From Schizochytrium sp. TIO01 (taxonomy: Eukaryota > Protista > Bigyra: Labyrinthulomycetes): DNA of 64,000 bases. Location: the NCBI GenBank assembly GCA_004764695.1, contig SMSO01000014.1, forward strand, positions 4,102,845 through 4,166,844. The letters are read 5' to 3'. Positions 33,301 to 40,656 of the stretch are shown piece by piece (within the stretch, counting starts at the first letter, position 1; the number at the start of each line of letters is the position of its first letter). The notes under the pieces were generated by a model that was not told the origin of the DNA, made no database searches, and was given only the letters and a program-made list of their open reading frames with translations. The position numbers were made by a program, and so were the translations under genes.

Positions 33301-35711
33301 ACCTCCATACGAATCGCAGGGAGTTCAACGCCCAGGTCGACTCGCGGCGTGGGGCGTTCATCAGCCTCCGGGCGGGTTGTGCACAATACAAGGGACGAAT
33401 GAATGCTCACGTCACTCAGCAAATGATAAGTGTTGGCGGTTTCACCAGCTTCGTTGTCGTGCTCAACCTTGGCAAGGATATCTGAACCTTCAAGATGCCA
33501 GGTATCCATGCTATGTTGGGAAAGGTCAAAAGTACCGAGGCGGAGTTCCAGACGTGGAGCCACAGGGTTTGATACGTCTGCTGGGACAATAATGCGGGGT
33601 GCTTGTAGACGAATATTCACACTTGGCACCTCGTCAAGATTGACCATCTCTTCAATAGTAGAGCCAGAGAAGGCAGCATAGTACGCGTCCCATGCAGATG
33701 GCGCAGACTCAACTTCGTCACTATCGTTAGGATCCTCAGCATACAGCTGCTTCTGGGCTTCATTTAGTAGCATCTCTGATTCTGAAGATGCTGCTGGTTC
33801 CTCAGGCATTTGAAAAACTCCCATAACATGCTCAACTAAAGGAGCACTATAGACGAGCCGAAGAGGTTGATCAAGACGGCAGTCAACAACCAAAGGACCA
33901 TGTCGCTTGCCATTTTTGCGACCCACCTTGAGAACGATGAGATTGGGCGCTGTGCCACCCTCGCTTTCTACCGCAGGACCTAGGACACTGCGATACAACG
34001 TGTTCCTCGTAACCTCATCTTGAACAACTAGGGATTCAGCTTCAAGGTCAATCTTTTGTAGTGTGCCTTGCAAGTCCACGCCACAGCGAAGCTCTCCAAG
34101 ATGGGCACGCGCACATTTACTATCCGAGGGACCGAGTCGGACATCAACACTAGCGATTGATGCACTGAGCTGCAAATGTACTTTGGTGAGGTCAAAAACA
34201 TCATCCTCTTCCATATTGGGATCATAGCCAATGGTGTCAAACAGCTGGTCGCGCTCTTCATCAGTAACTTCGGCACGTACAGCTTCAATTGACCCTTCTT
34301 TGGGGTCTTCCTGTTGTTGGTTACCGTTGCCGCCGTTACCCCACCACGAAGAAAACCATCCCTTTTGTTCTTGCTCCTTCTTGGCACGAGCCTCGGCGCG
34401 CCTTCGCTGGACCTCTGGATCATCACGACGTTCTTGCACGGGCGTTGTAGAATTTCCAATACGCATACGCACCTCTTCATATGCAATCCGCCTCAGACGC
34501 ACAATATGGGCAAAGGTAAGTTTATCGGAGCTTTCCATAAGCTCGAGTCGTTTGCGGTCCTGTGTGCTGAGGTCTGGAAGCCACCCCCGTGTGGCCTCCA
34601 GAGTACGTTTAAAGAGCTCGAGATAGTTTGCACGACAAGCTTTGAAAAATGCCTCTCGCTTTCGTTCAGTGATGTTATGTCTGGCTTCCTTGAGCACTAC
34701 TCTGCGAGCGCGGTCCCACTTAGATTCTTTAGGTGCTTTTTTATGCTGCTTGTGTTTTGCATCTTCAAGCGCGTCTTGTTTGGGAGCAGGCTGCAATCCT
34801 ACAAGAGCGCAGACCTGGTCGTTGTCCATGGAGAAGCATGCAGCTGCCATGTTCAGGTCGATCTCAATGCCTTCTGTGGCACGATTGCCCTTGGCATCGG
34901 GAGGTCCTTTACGTAGCGTAATGCGGGTTGTGATACTACGTTGGCGGAAGACCTCAACCATATTGACATCTTTTTGGTGTTTGTCCCCAGAATCAATACG
35001 ACCAACGGAAATGCGCGGGCCGCGAATGGATGCCAATTTCCGCAAGATGTCCGCACCACTAACAAATGCCTCTTCCCAGTTCTCATCTACCGACAGTAGC
35101 GAAATTTCATCGAGGTGGAATTCTGCACGGCCTCGTGAGCTCTTCACTACTACGCGAATGTCCTGGAGCACAAGCTGAAGATTGTCCAAGATCTTGGTCG
35201 CTAACTTCATCCAAAACGAAGATCCTTCCGCGGAGATTACGCCTTCCTCCGCTTTGGCTTTCGCTGCCGATGTCTCAATCCTCTCCAGCTGGTCAAGTCG
35301 TTCCTTTTTGGCCTCTGCGCGCTCACGGCGCTTGTCTAGCTCGGACTTTGCGTCACCTTCTCCATGTGACAGCGTAAGATTTTTGGTCATGGAATTCGCA
35401 TGGTTGCCTGTCTGACCTTCTGGCTCGGGCTGCTCCACTTCGACATCAATGCCTGTGAGTCTGATGACGACGGGCTTGCTCTGCAGCTTGGACCAGGGCA
35501 CGTCCACGCTGAGGCGTCCTATCTTGCTGCGCGATACGTCGAGTTCCAGGCCAAGGAGTTTCTGCATGGCCTGAGGCTCAAGCTCCAGGTCCTCAATCTC
35601 CATGTGCCCGTTCCATAGCGAGACCACGAGCCCCTCGAGGCTCGCATCGTCCACGCACAGGTACTCCCGCGCATACCTGCGAATCAGCGCTTGCACTGCG
35701 CCCTCAAACAT
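24381..35711 (-). CDS. VPS13: VPS13-family bridge-like lipid transfer protein (~3776 aa, intronless)
   Basis: Chorein N-terminus (MFEGAVQALIRRYAREYL...VSLWNGHMEIEDLEL...VPWSKLQSKPVVIRL); WEPALEP; VAB/SHR-BD repeats (YAPFWVVNGTGLDL, SPRVVLVNQS, YRIENVS...FAWAEP); ATG2_C-like Gly-rich helices (GLLSKPMEG...GFFAKPVSG). ATG at 35711. Confidence 0.95.
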   Translation of the reverse strand: MFEGAVQALIRRYAREYLCVDDASLEGLVVSLWNGHMEIEDLELEPQAMQKLLGLELDVSRSKIGRLSVDVPWSKLQSKPVVIRLTGIDVEVEQPEPEGQTGNHANSMTKNLTLSHGEGDAKSELDKRRERAEAKKERLDQLERIETSAAKAKAEEGVISAEGSSFWMKLATKILDNLQLVLQDIRVVVKSSRGRAEFHLDEISLLSVDENWEEAFVSGADILRKLASIRGPRISVGRIDSGDKHQKDVNMVEVFRQRSITTRITLRKGPPDAKGNRATEGIEIDLNMAAACFSMDNDQVCALVGLQPAPKQDALEDAKHKQHKKAPKESKWDRARRVVLKEARHNITERKREAFFKACRANYLELFKRTLEATRGWLPDLSTQDRKRLELMESSDKLTFAHIVRLRRIAYEEVRMRIGNSTTPVQERRDDPEVQRRRAEARAKKEQEQKGWFSSWWGNGGNGNQQQEDPKEGSIEAVRAEVTDEERDQLFDTIGYDPNMEEDDVFDLTKVHLQLSASIASVDVRLGPSDSKCARAHLGELRCGVDLQGTLQKIDLEAESLVVQDEVTRNTLYRSVLGPAVESEGGTAPNLIVLKVGRKNGKRHGPLVVDCRLDQPLRLVYSAPLVEHVMGVFQMPEEPAASSESEMLLNEAQKQLYAEDPNDSDEVESAPSAWDAYYAAFSGSTIEEMVNLDEVPSVNIRLQAPRIIVPADVSNPVAPRLELRLGTFDLSQHSMDTWHLEGSDILAKVEHDNEAGETANTYHLLSDVSIHSSLVLCTTRPEADERPTPRVDLGVELPAIRMEVNSDAVDALLAIAKPILAASVDDPTTSAPAAAVAGVRTKRLEDQSGSADDHSEPTDWPEDLAILNRIASRVAFRLRANLGETSIKCDLPNTKATVSLEKLTATYIQRTFDTSLEFEAGSFMIKDHQSERDVWSPQEGSDLVKLKVQTTKSQSPIFEGYSQTMSLKVGAVCVNVPTAFVQGIYRTAAHLSKTISASTTPSSSSKALDSPYAEAMPVDAVSGDPVESNANTYALQDNGIGASRPEVRYEFSAEKLEVKFLRDDEGTSNPPPPPYLILGCEINSVDAQYTTSAVHARVHKLRASSAERDILFLSADQQGSKEDVLSIEWTAEHGTIVEVDPIHLVLDQKAFRALLEFRPPDDLFADSAKPVRSLRRRASSMSSYSSFGQASSPAKVQSRSSQPVSAQPPTSSALEIKLRRPDAPFVVQFLAADGPSCEAHASGLRTDKKGVHLEKISLLLDGKHEILSVADVRYEASSGVVVDRVEAILNPETRRLAHTLTNVARALVELAGPAGPAASSTQTEESAIASPNDAKPSSEPLRVVVTQVRVVTRDVSNEGGNVFIARNITYQGDFISLGDVCMWDEDDNLSVEEATRSNSLFVCKSDSESKETLQISLGGSGVKATGIAKAYFLLTPVSQAVLTTLIRTLLASINAIQELFISNGSDAVQGDLHTLTEHENEEEEEVNQGESSVFALELPGLSLELENYRPKLGNLMLDSGSASLIVQKNGEIKLHVEDVELLSTKFPLDLRIHFPDPEVMRIELSMQHGLALSADPRSLYQLNAALNSNLLLASSARPQYELASEGGSSLSLAVDAKEARLNFTRPPIQGTEDTDVEHFATISLADLNVEFNGKDSTLHLKTSSARLDSHVRMREEEEPIIKLVAKITQTSVLYTTSVEGNTYQTSVFIDGESVTLSHEPKLLRALFEFQAILESLRTANVLQRELDRELEDAKNEALMTREMQGRICLKQLEVKIAPEDVPSVAILIRSEVIALIETSESETELSRKIHLTVAETSCGLCALGPNQEIERQHSLVEDASVILVLKNIYQANGVRLMSSFMLNVNDVSLELQIPMVARLRQVILSMIRSLPSRKMVQRAIMREAAKRPERSYSQTSAMSISETSASTAAAGGSADLEAFDGTKYQVEVTVSSFEAVVYGRTLPFLRLRIQDNSIASGETVGSSESISSNAFNGAIQVQNVDLSVLNPHNMAWEPALEPCDLACDVSTIPQKPHNGLSLGFRSSRELRLNLHVDHLRRFIEETEDLVAQVQEVVTGDDDSAPSQLKLVNFRRCTIVNETDEVVFVNGEVEIPPHKEGEVQTSSMRVDIRIVDQFLELPLVDRRDQPLGNAHWGAWVEHQAPEDEEGRDGFVVTIASGVVCCNDCDLPLEMAMFNAGEPEMLRIIKPGRRFHVPPFQNWDKHNLAVRRPSAENDAWSMVPLTYDSKNTRDEELIMALGNSEVVIRADVVRNSCRPLVRVHLKPVSVIENELPVAVKVQLVEVREKNQPMKLFAERDLAPGDLWPLYPQNVGSLSVQFAFLNAPSNFGGRVSVTGQRCTYQYSLQDKTSQRVQQFLVRVAKNGMSLYAPFWVVNGTGLDLVLARDDTMQLLDEPVEGSVRRVVEETWENQRKFMHQGWSQQMLPGERPVWSDKDGNKARPRELVRLPMNEPGWSWETEWVVDTNFRDTDADGWMYATSFSPENWSPKESWTRPIRRRRWVRTRCKPVSQDKSSTDIGMASSAYGAGSTSTRLFGFDTCRMSLKSSMNSAHGLAWSEPCQLGLTVGASNVFPIRRSTESSDLSFYELVYSISEHPTIARTKLCTVSPRVVLVNQSGTVVRVIQADTYQDPIVVTGEPTPLWWHQPLSNPESALLKIQLGSSNWSMPFPIHTLDEFCISIPGYEGRIVVDVRRGAVESTVLVVFRADSQTQPMYRIENVSLERLHCVQKNVKVDPGSMLEVEPYGTAPFAWAEPCKPHLISIEIGGYDASQKHVTATVDLTKIGGETRIALPPQSITNHRSSASEESVVKAGKRHFLNGPHGKRWVARAPPPMVESVLDDSDMAGRKRSWPLGLRQSQASAIVFRSEESCKAREEAGEDRVLCYGDRFQITCTTSDGVNRHLTRVEGTREVGWTRITDQGGIFQRDDEALVEDDEASSRNLSWWAFVSTKKSKGDPVELSDDFHIALVRRHKHGEDSYELCLAPKPSQPDTLQLWSTKTDEHNLVSFTASALSNIRNLEARYVFVVVDVDSHSRIVRISETSIEASSSSSSEVSTSETQEQTRLKLSFDLNDLGVSVIYKKALRASSLLAELVYVTASIHCEFVDTNLDRKLDVILQSFRVDNCLSDPTYANLLKRAYNEEEDRTNKFKPVLSFSMSEKHTALAVRYIRALKWDLAKLDIQLDEDFVSACKEVIAQVSAPQRASVSDRDGPKLSVQEDSKRDVFSHTSMDLYAQCERGLEVNTPAGVRFLFVNLLKISQLDLGISYFRSKVTDVEGIPVTLDPFERTHLASTRANLLNDIRMYYRGQIQKRIFKIIGYALPGNPGELLSALGSGNRVSAAFASIGSLGATVAKVDLDYKKTRTAKPRGFEEGLAQGTKQISEGFRGGFKGLLSKPMEGLSKGSVQDAVGGLGEGMYGFFAKPVSGVASAIASTSQGIAARSKPKQLLESERQVHMRARPERLFRGVQGSQELVVYDLFRTCLVRKAIELMRTSIDTYTSDKSEPADLVFTADYIVDSQVRLLLVHSQTHVALLTFTREKPVSSSYQQQRQTANSGTQRQQRSSVPPPPPPSGKDKTGEWCFVGPEQHEFESMNEQVSVKLLWMLSLTLPTTQNMEAAVQRWRERCNQRNMQQCEIQLRRGCKHFKEQLNHSNVDENLEQIRQIAAQLSQRVGLRETPYHNMRELTNSWVKIQELVYQESEEVQVQSVAKLLALSKLSDESPMILFSLIRAYMSFRLEGSNTRYELVLTAFEDACMYLAASD

Positions 35712-35828
35712 CTTTCTCGCCGCTGACAATCGCCTTGCCAGCCTCAATATCCTCCGCTCACAGCAAAGGGTTTTGGTGGTCTGATCTTCTCAATCAATCG
35801 TCCAACAAAATTCAAACTGAAAGAAAAA

Positions 35829-35881
35829 AATTCAAATTCAAATTCAAATTCAAATTCAAATTCAAATTCGAATTCGAATTC
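35829..35881. repeat. (TTCAAA)n hexamer array grading into TTCGAA palindromes, upstream of VPS13
   Basis: Six TTCAAA units followed by TTCGAA x2. Confidence 0.9.
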
Positions 35882-36760
35882 AGATGATACAAAAATTCAA
35901 AATCTAAAGTTCAAACGAGAAAAAGCAAAGGGGGAAAGGGGAAGTCATGAACTGATTTCAGTTCATTTGAATTGGGTTTGCGAACAGCACAAAAGTCAAA
36001 TGACGATTTTCTTGCTTTTATTAAAAAAATTAACAGTTCCCCGCTTTTATTCCTCTCTCTCTTTCTTTCAAAAGAAGGTTTCTTTATCTCGGATCCTGTT
36101 CAATACGAAAGCTGTCTGTCTCTCTTGAGGTACTTGGAGAGTAGTGGAATGTTATCTTTCAAAATCCGCCCTTCTTATAGTTTAAGGTATACAGGCTCTA
36201 TAGATGATTGTTGTTTTTCGAAAATGATAAAGATACTTAAAAATAAAATTTAAATTGAAAAATCAAAATGCAAAATGGATTTCTTGAAGAACTTGAGGCT
36301 CGGGAACCAAGGCAGCAGAACCGCAGATGAGACAGTAGAACGCAGCTCAGAGAGTTGACCTACCAGGCGGGGTACCGTAAACAGGATCAAGCGTATCTGA
36401 GAATCCAGTTCTGCATCTGAAGCCTGCGCAATGGAAACCTATCGGCATCGGCACCGGCAACATCAGAAACACGGAGGGAAGCGGAGGAAACTCTTAGTAG
36501 TAGTAATAGGGAGGTCCTGAGACTCACTCAGAAGAGCTCGAAATCAAACAGGGCAAGATCAAGCTTGCGAGCAAGCCGCCAATCCTGATCTTGGACCTGA
36601 AGTTAATCTGAGCTTTTTACTGGAAGGGTGTGGCTATTGTTTTAGAAACTCTGCACTTTGAACTTGTCCAGGCTGGTTCAACTATGAGATGTTCAACACC
36701 CCCTTCTCGCGAGATTCCTCATTCAAGTAAATGAAGAATTATAAAAACTGACAAAAGGGT

Positions 36761-37560
36761 TGTGCCGACAGCCTCTTCAGGATCGCTGGGTGGATGGCCG
36801 CTTTTGCTGCGAGCGATGGGGATTACCGCCGATCGCTATCTTGCCACAGCGAATGCTACTTACGTGCGAAACAGCGCATTCATAGGTAGTGCTTTCGACC
36901 ACATGATGTTTTACCGATGGTTGGCCTGTATTCATTACGAGTCATACAACCCCGCGAACGCTTCGAACCGGTTACAATCTAGTTGTTAGACAACTACATA
37001 GGGAGTACATTCCATAGGTTGGCCAACAAGCATCGCACGAATGCGCGGGAGTAATGTACGTACTAATGGTTTTCTTGCGAGCAAAACACATGATGCATCT
37101 TGTAGCACCTGAGCCTGTTTCGATAGTAGACGTTGTATGCTATACGAAGAGATAAACACACTCTAGACCAGGAGGGTTAATGTCAAATTCCTACATTTGC
37201 GATGCTGTTGCGCACATAACATGCCTCGGCGTTCGCTCGCCTGTCCTGGAGTTGTGAAAGGGTTCATACCACGCTTCCAATTGCACGCACTTCAGGAGAA
37301 CATGCAGAAGAATACTCGAGAGGGTGCGCACGCTTTCGAATAGAACTTTTGCTGCTAATCATTAGCGGAGGTGTGAGACCATTGTGAGATGTCGCCGGCT
37401 AGATAGTTAGCTATAATGAGCTGCGGACTAGGCGCTAGTCTTTTAAGCCCTGAGGGCTATAGTCTAAGAATGACCAAACGAACCCAGTATACACCCTCGA
37501 CGTTTAGAAGTTGCTATCTAACGAACCACAGGCTGTGCTGCAAGAACCGGTCGTTCGTTT
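36761..37560 (+). ncRNA. Candidate large structured non-coding RNA (family not recognised)
   Basis: No credible ORF; balanced composition between AT-rich flanks; 17-bp long-range helix 37024-37043/37194-37210, 13-bp helix 37244-37256/37284-37297, helix 37320-37326/37492-37498 and about ten local hairpins; wobble pairs read as G-U on the + strand. Boundaries approximate. Confidence 0.4.
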
Positions 37561-37602
37561 ACACTTTAAAATTTTGTGATAATTTACAAATTCTGGGCAT
37601 TG

Positions 37603-40059
37603 CTATGGAAGTCGAGACGACGATCTTAATAATATATGTTGTGTACCACCAATGAGTCGCAGATCAATCATTGTCCGAAATGCACTTTCAAGATCCCGAG
37701 TATAAGACTCCACATCGAAAAGAGGGGGTTTCTTATCTAACAACTCACGCTGGCGTGCCTTGATCCCTGCTGCCAAACCTGGACGTAGCGCAATTTCTAC
37801 TGCAGTCTCGATAAATTCCTTTGCTGAATGGGTTATTAGGTAATCGCCCATCCCTAAACTAGATACGAGAGAGGCTGCAACACGTGAAGCAAAGGCATCA
37901 CCGGCTACAGTCAGCACAGGCAGACCTCCTCGCAAAGCATCTGTCGCGGTCGAATGAGCACCATAAACCAAGGTATCGAGGAAAAGGTCCCCACATACAT
38001 GGCGAGCCACATGTTCCGCTTTGGTCGTATGTGGTGCGTAGCGCAAACGGCTAGGATCCACCCCCCGCGCTCTTGCTTCACGTGATAAATTTTCAATGGT
38101 AAGCTCGGGCATTAGACGTCGAGAAGGCTCGAGCAACCAAAGGATGCTACCTGGCACACGTCGAAGGATCTGCATCCAAGACTCAAACGAGACCGGCTCA
38201 TGTTTATCGTTTTTGTTAAAATTCACAAACACAAAGCTCGCGCCAGCAAGTTCATCAAACTTAGAACAATAACTTATCCGATCCTGAGAAGCGAGCAACA
38301 GTTCAGTTTCAGCCTCTACTGTCTTGCGGTATGCATTGACTTGATACGAGTGTGGCATAAGTACTAATTTCTCTGAGAAGTGCGAGGCGTGCTCAGCAAG
38401 CGGGCTAGCAATGTGGTCTCCAATGAAATAATCAATAAATCTAGCCCCTGAGGTTCCAGCAAATACGAGATAATTAACAATGATAGGACTTGGGCGCGCA
38501 GCCACGACCTCTGGTCTTCCTCCCCGAGTGAAACCTTGCATATCCATAAGAATCTCGATGCCTAATTCGTCACGAATAACTCGGACAGTCTCAGCATGAG
38601 AAGTAGTGCTAAGATCTTTGAACATTGTTCCTGCAGTTTCAATGCGTCTACGGAATGTGGAGTTGTCATTCTTGCCATAACTTAAGGTATAAGAATCGAT
38701 TCTCTGGTAAAGGCGATGCAGATCGAAGAGTTCCTCACACAAGTGTGCAGTAGGGTGGTCATTAAAGTCATACGACAGGTAGCCTACACGAACACGAGCA
38801 CCTGCAGGTGAGAGTTTTGGTTGAGTGCCTTCGTAACCGTAATGATTCGCATGCATGCTAGCTAAGCGCTTTCGAAACGAGTTTGGAAAGGACCGAAGAA
38901 GTGAGTCAAATGGCAGAAACGACGGATTTAGTCCTTTTTGCAGCTCCCTGACTTCTACATTTCTCTGTAGCCAATTGGTTTCATGATCGAAGTTTGTCCA
39001 ATCACACGAGATGCGTCGTGTAACAGATATTTTGGCTCGGATGTTGATTTCTTCCCCTTCAAATTCGTCATCTGGTATTTCCCGAAGAGCTTGAAGAAAG
39101 CTATCAATTGACTGCTTCGCATCGCCAAGCTCCATATAGGCTGTTCCTAGATTTATCAAGGACATTCTTCGGATGCTTTCACCAGGTTCGCAAAGCTGTA
39201 TTACTTTTTGATACCGCTCCATTGCTTCGGGAATCATTTGGTGTTCATGATAGAGTGCAGCTATATTAATATGTACGGGAACAAATGCCGGATTTACTTT
39301 AAGTGAGTGAGAATAATAATAGAGAGCCTCTTCATGGCGGCCTAAATTCTTGAGCGAGACTCCCAAGTTATACAAGAGTTCACCTTTTAGAGCAAATTCA
39401 TTGATTGCAAGCCCTTTCTCATATGATTGGCGAGCGAGTTCTTCATACGCGCGACCTTGACGATGATAGGCAAGACCAATGTTATTATAAAGATGTATAA
39501 AAAGTTCTGTTGGCCATTGCTGTGTTTTATCGTGCTCAATTTCATGAAGGCAAGCCTCCATGACTTGCCTCGCTTTATTGTTTTCGCCAAGATCAAGAAG
39601 GACTCGCCCATAATTATTCATTACTGAACCTCTAATGTGGCTTGGGGTCAAGATTGTGAGTACATCTGCGTACAGATCTTTGGCCTTGGCGAGATCTTCA
39701 TTAAAATGAATATCTGCGACTGCCACTGCGAGTTGATTAGCCGCATCACAAGCCCAAGATTCTTTTGACTCACGACATGCCCGTACGCTCAAAGTTATCT
39801 CCGTTACTTTACTTTCGAGGTTTGGCAAGGACCTAATGTATTCTAACAATGGGTCAACTCTGTCTGTCCTCATTGCTGCCTCCTTTGTAGATGACAGTGG
39901 TGTTCTGGACAAAGCCACAACGCTACAACCCATGAGCAGCCAGAAACTGGCAACCGTGGTCATGAGAACCGTCGCCAGTTTCGAACCGAGCCGCCGAAGG
40001 AACATTGTCCCTAACCTCCGAGGCCTGCGCATGGGAGTTAGTTGCTGCGTCTGTGGCAT
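37603..40059 (-). CDS. TPR-containing GT41 glycosyltransferase (OGT/SEC-like catalytic motifs) with an N-terminal hydrophobic segment
   Basis: Several TPRs (e.g. LLYNLGVSLKNLGRHEEALYYYSHSLKVNP); RVGYLSYDFNDHPTAHL, DMQGFTRGGRPEVVAARPSP, FNKNDK, DLFLDTLVYGAHSTATDALRGGLPVLT. First in-frame ATG at 40059; the true start is uncertain. Confidence 0.9.
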   Translation of the reverse strand: MPQTQQLTPMRRPRRLGTMFLRRLGSKLATVLMTTVASFWLLMGCSVVALSRTPLSSTKEAAMRTDRVDPLLEYIRSLPNLESKVTEITLSVRACRESKESWACDAANQLAVAVADIHFNEDLAKAKDLYADVLTILTPSHIRGSVMNNYGRVLLDLGENNKARQVMEACLHEIEHDKTQQWPTELFIHLYNNIGLAYHRQGRAYEELARQSYEKGLAINEFALKGELLYNLGVSLKNLGRHEEALYYYSHSLKVNPAFVPVHINIAALYHEHQMIPEAMERYQKVIQLCEPGESIRRMSLINLGTAYMELGDAKQSIDSFLQALREIPDDEFEGEEINIRAKISVTRRISCDWTNFDHETNWLQRNVEVRELQKGLNPSFLPFDSLLRSFPNSFRKRLASMHANHYGYEGTQPKLSPAGARVRVGYLSYDFNDHPTAHLCEELFDLHRLYQRIDSYTLSYGKNDNSTFRRRIETAGTMFKDLSTTSHAETVRVIRDELGIEILMDMQGFTRGGRPEVVAARPSPIIVNYLVFAGTSGARFIDYFIGDHIASPLAEHASHFSEKLVLMPHSYQVNAYRKTVEAETELLLASQDRISYCSKFDELAGASFVFVNFNKNDKHEPVSFESWMQILRRVPGSILWLLEPSRRLMPELTIENLSREARARGVDPSRLRYAPHTTKAEHVARHVCGDLFLDTLVYGAHSTATDALRGGLPVLTVAGDAFASRVAASLVSSLGMGDYLITHSAKEFIETAVEIALRPGLAAGIKARQRELLDKKPPLFDVESYTRDLESAFRTMIDLRLIGGTQHILLRSSSRLP

Positions 40060-40656
40060 TCTGGCGGACCGCCGGAGCCACAGCAATGCTATCTGCTGCG
40101 ATGATAGTTGGACTATTACAATTGATTTTATGTTGAAAGGTAACCGTGGTCACTTACGACAAGCGAATAGATAGATAGATAGATACTAGGCACCTCCTAC
40201 CCTTTCGAACATTAGTAGACGAATTGAAGCTTCTTTAATTGTCTTGTGCTAGAAGCGAACTAAACAATAATAAGTTTCATGTTTGTTGGGCTCATTGGAG
40301 CCTTCGGCGCAAGTTTGTCATTTTCAATAGAGACCAAGTTGAAATTACATTTTTTTCTTAAATTAAAATAAGAAGAAAAAACTTTTGAACAATCCGAGAG
40401 AGGTCCTGGCTCATAAACTCAAACAATAAAACTCACAGTCCGTGATGAATTTGCCTGCTGCAAACTTAAAAAATAGAATCGATCGATCGAACATAGAATT
40501 AAAAAATAGTTGGAAGATTGGCTACCTTAACCCGCGTCAAGCTCAAATGATGTGCCATATCCCCTTTTTGCGCAGGGCAGAAATGCAATGGATCAACACA
40601 TCAATTAATTGCAGTCATGTGTATATCATCTACTAACATCAATGTTTGGTGAACTT

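Noticed and set aside
36857-36866. TACTTACGTG resembling the U1 snRNA 5' end
   Set aside because: Mismatch to ATACTTACCTG and no U1 stem-loops or Sm site downstream; better read as a - strand splice donor.
37173-37179. AGGGTTA (TAACCCT on -) as a telomerase template
   Set aside because: Only 7 nt, expected by chance, on the strand opposite to that favoured by G-U pairs, and the telomere repeat cannot be determined from this window.
37426-37464. GACTA...TATAGTC as group I intron P7
   Set aside because: No P3/P4/P6 or J8/7 AAGAUA context; GACTA pairs locally in a hairpin.
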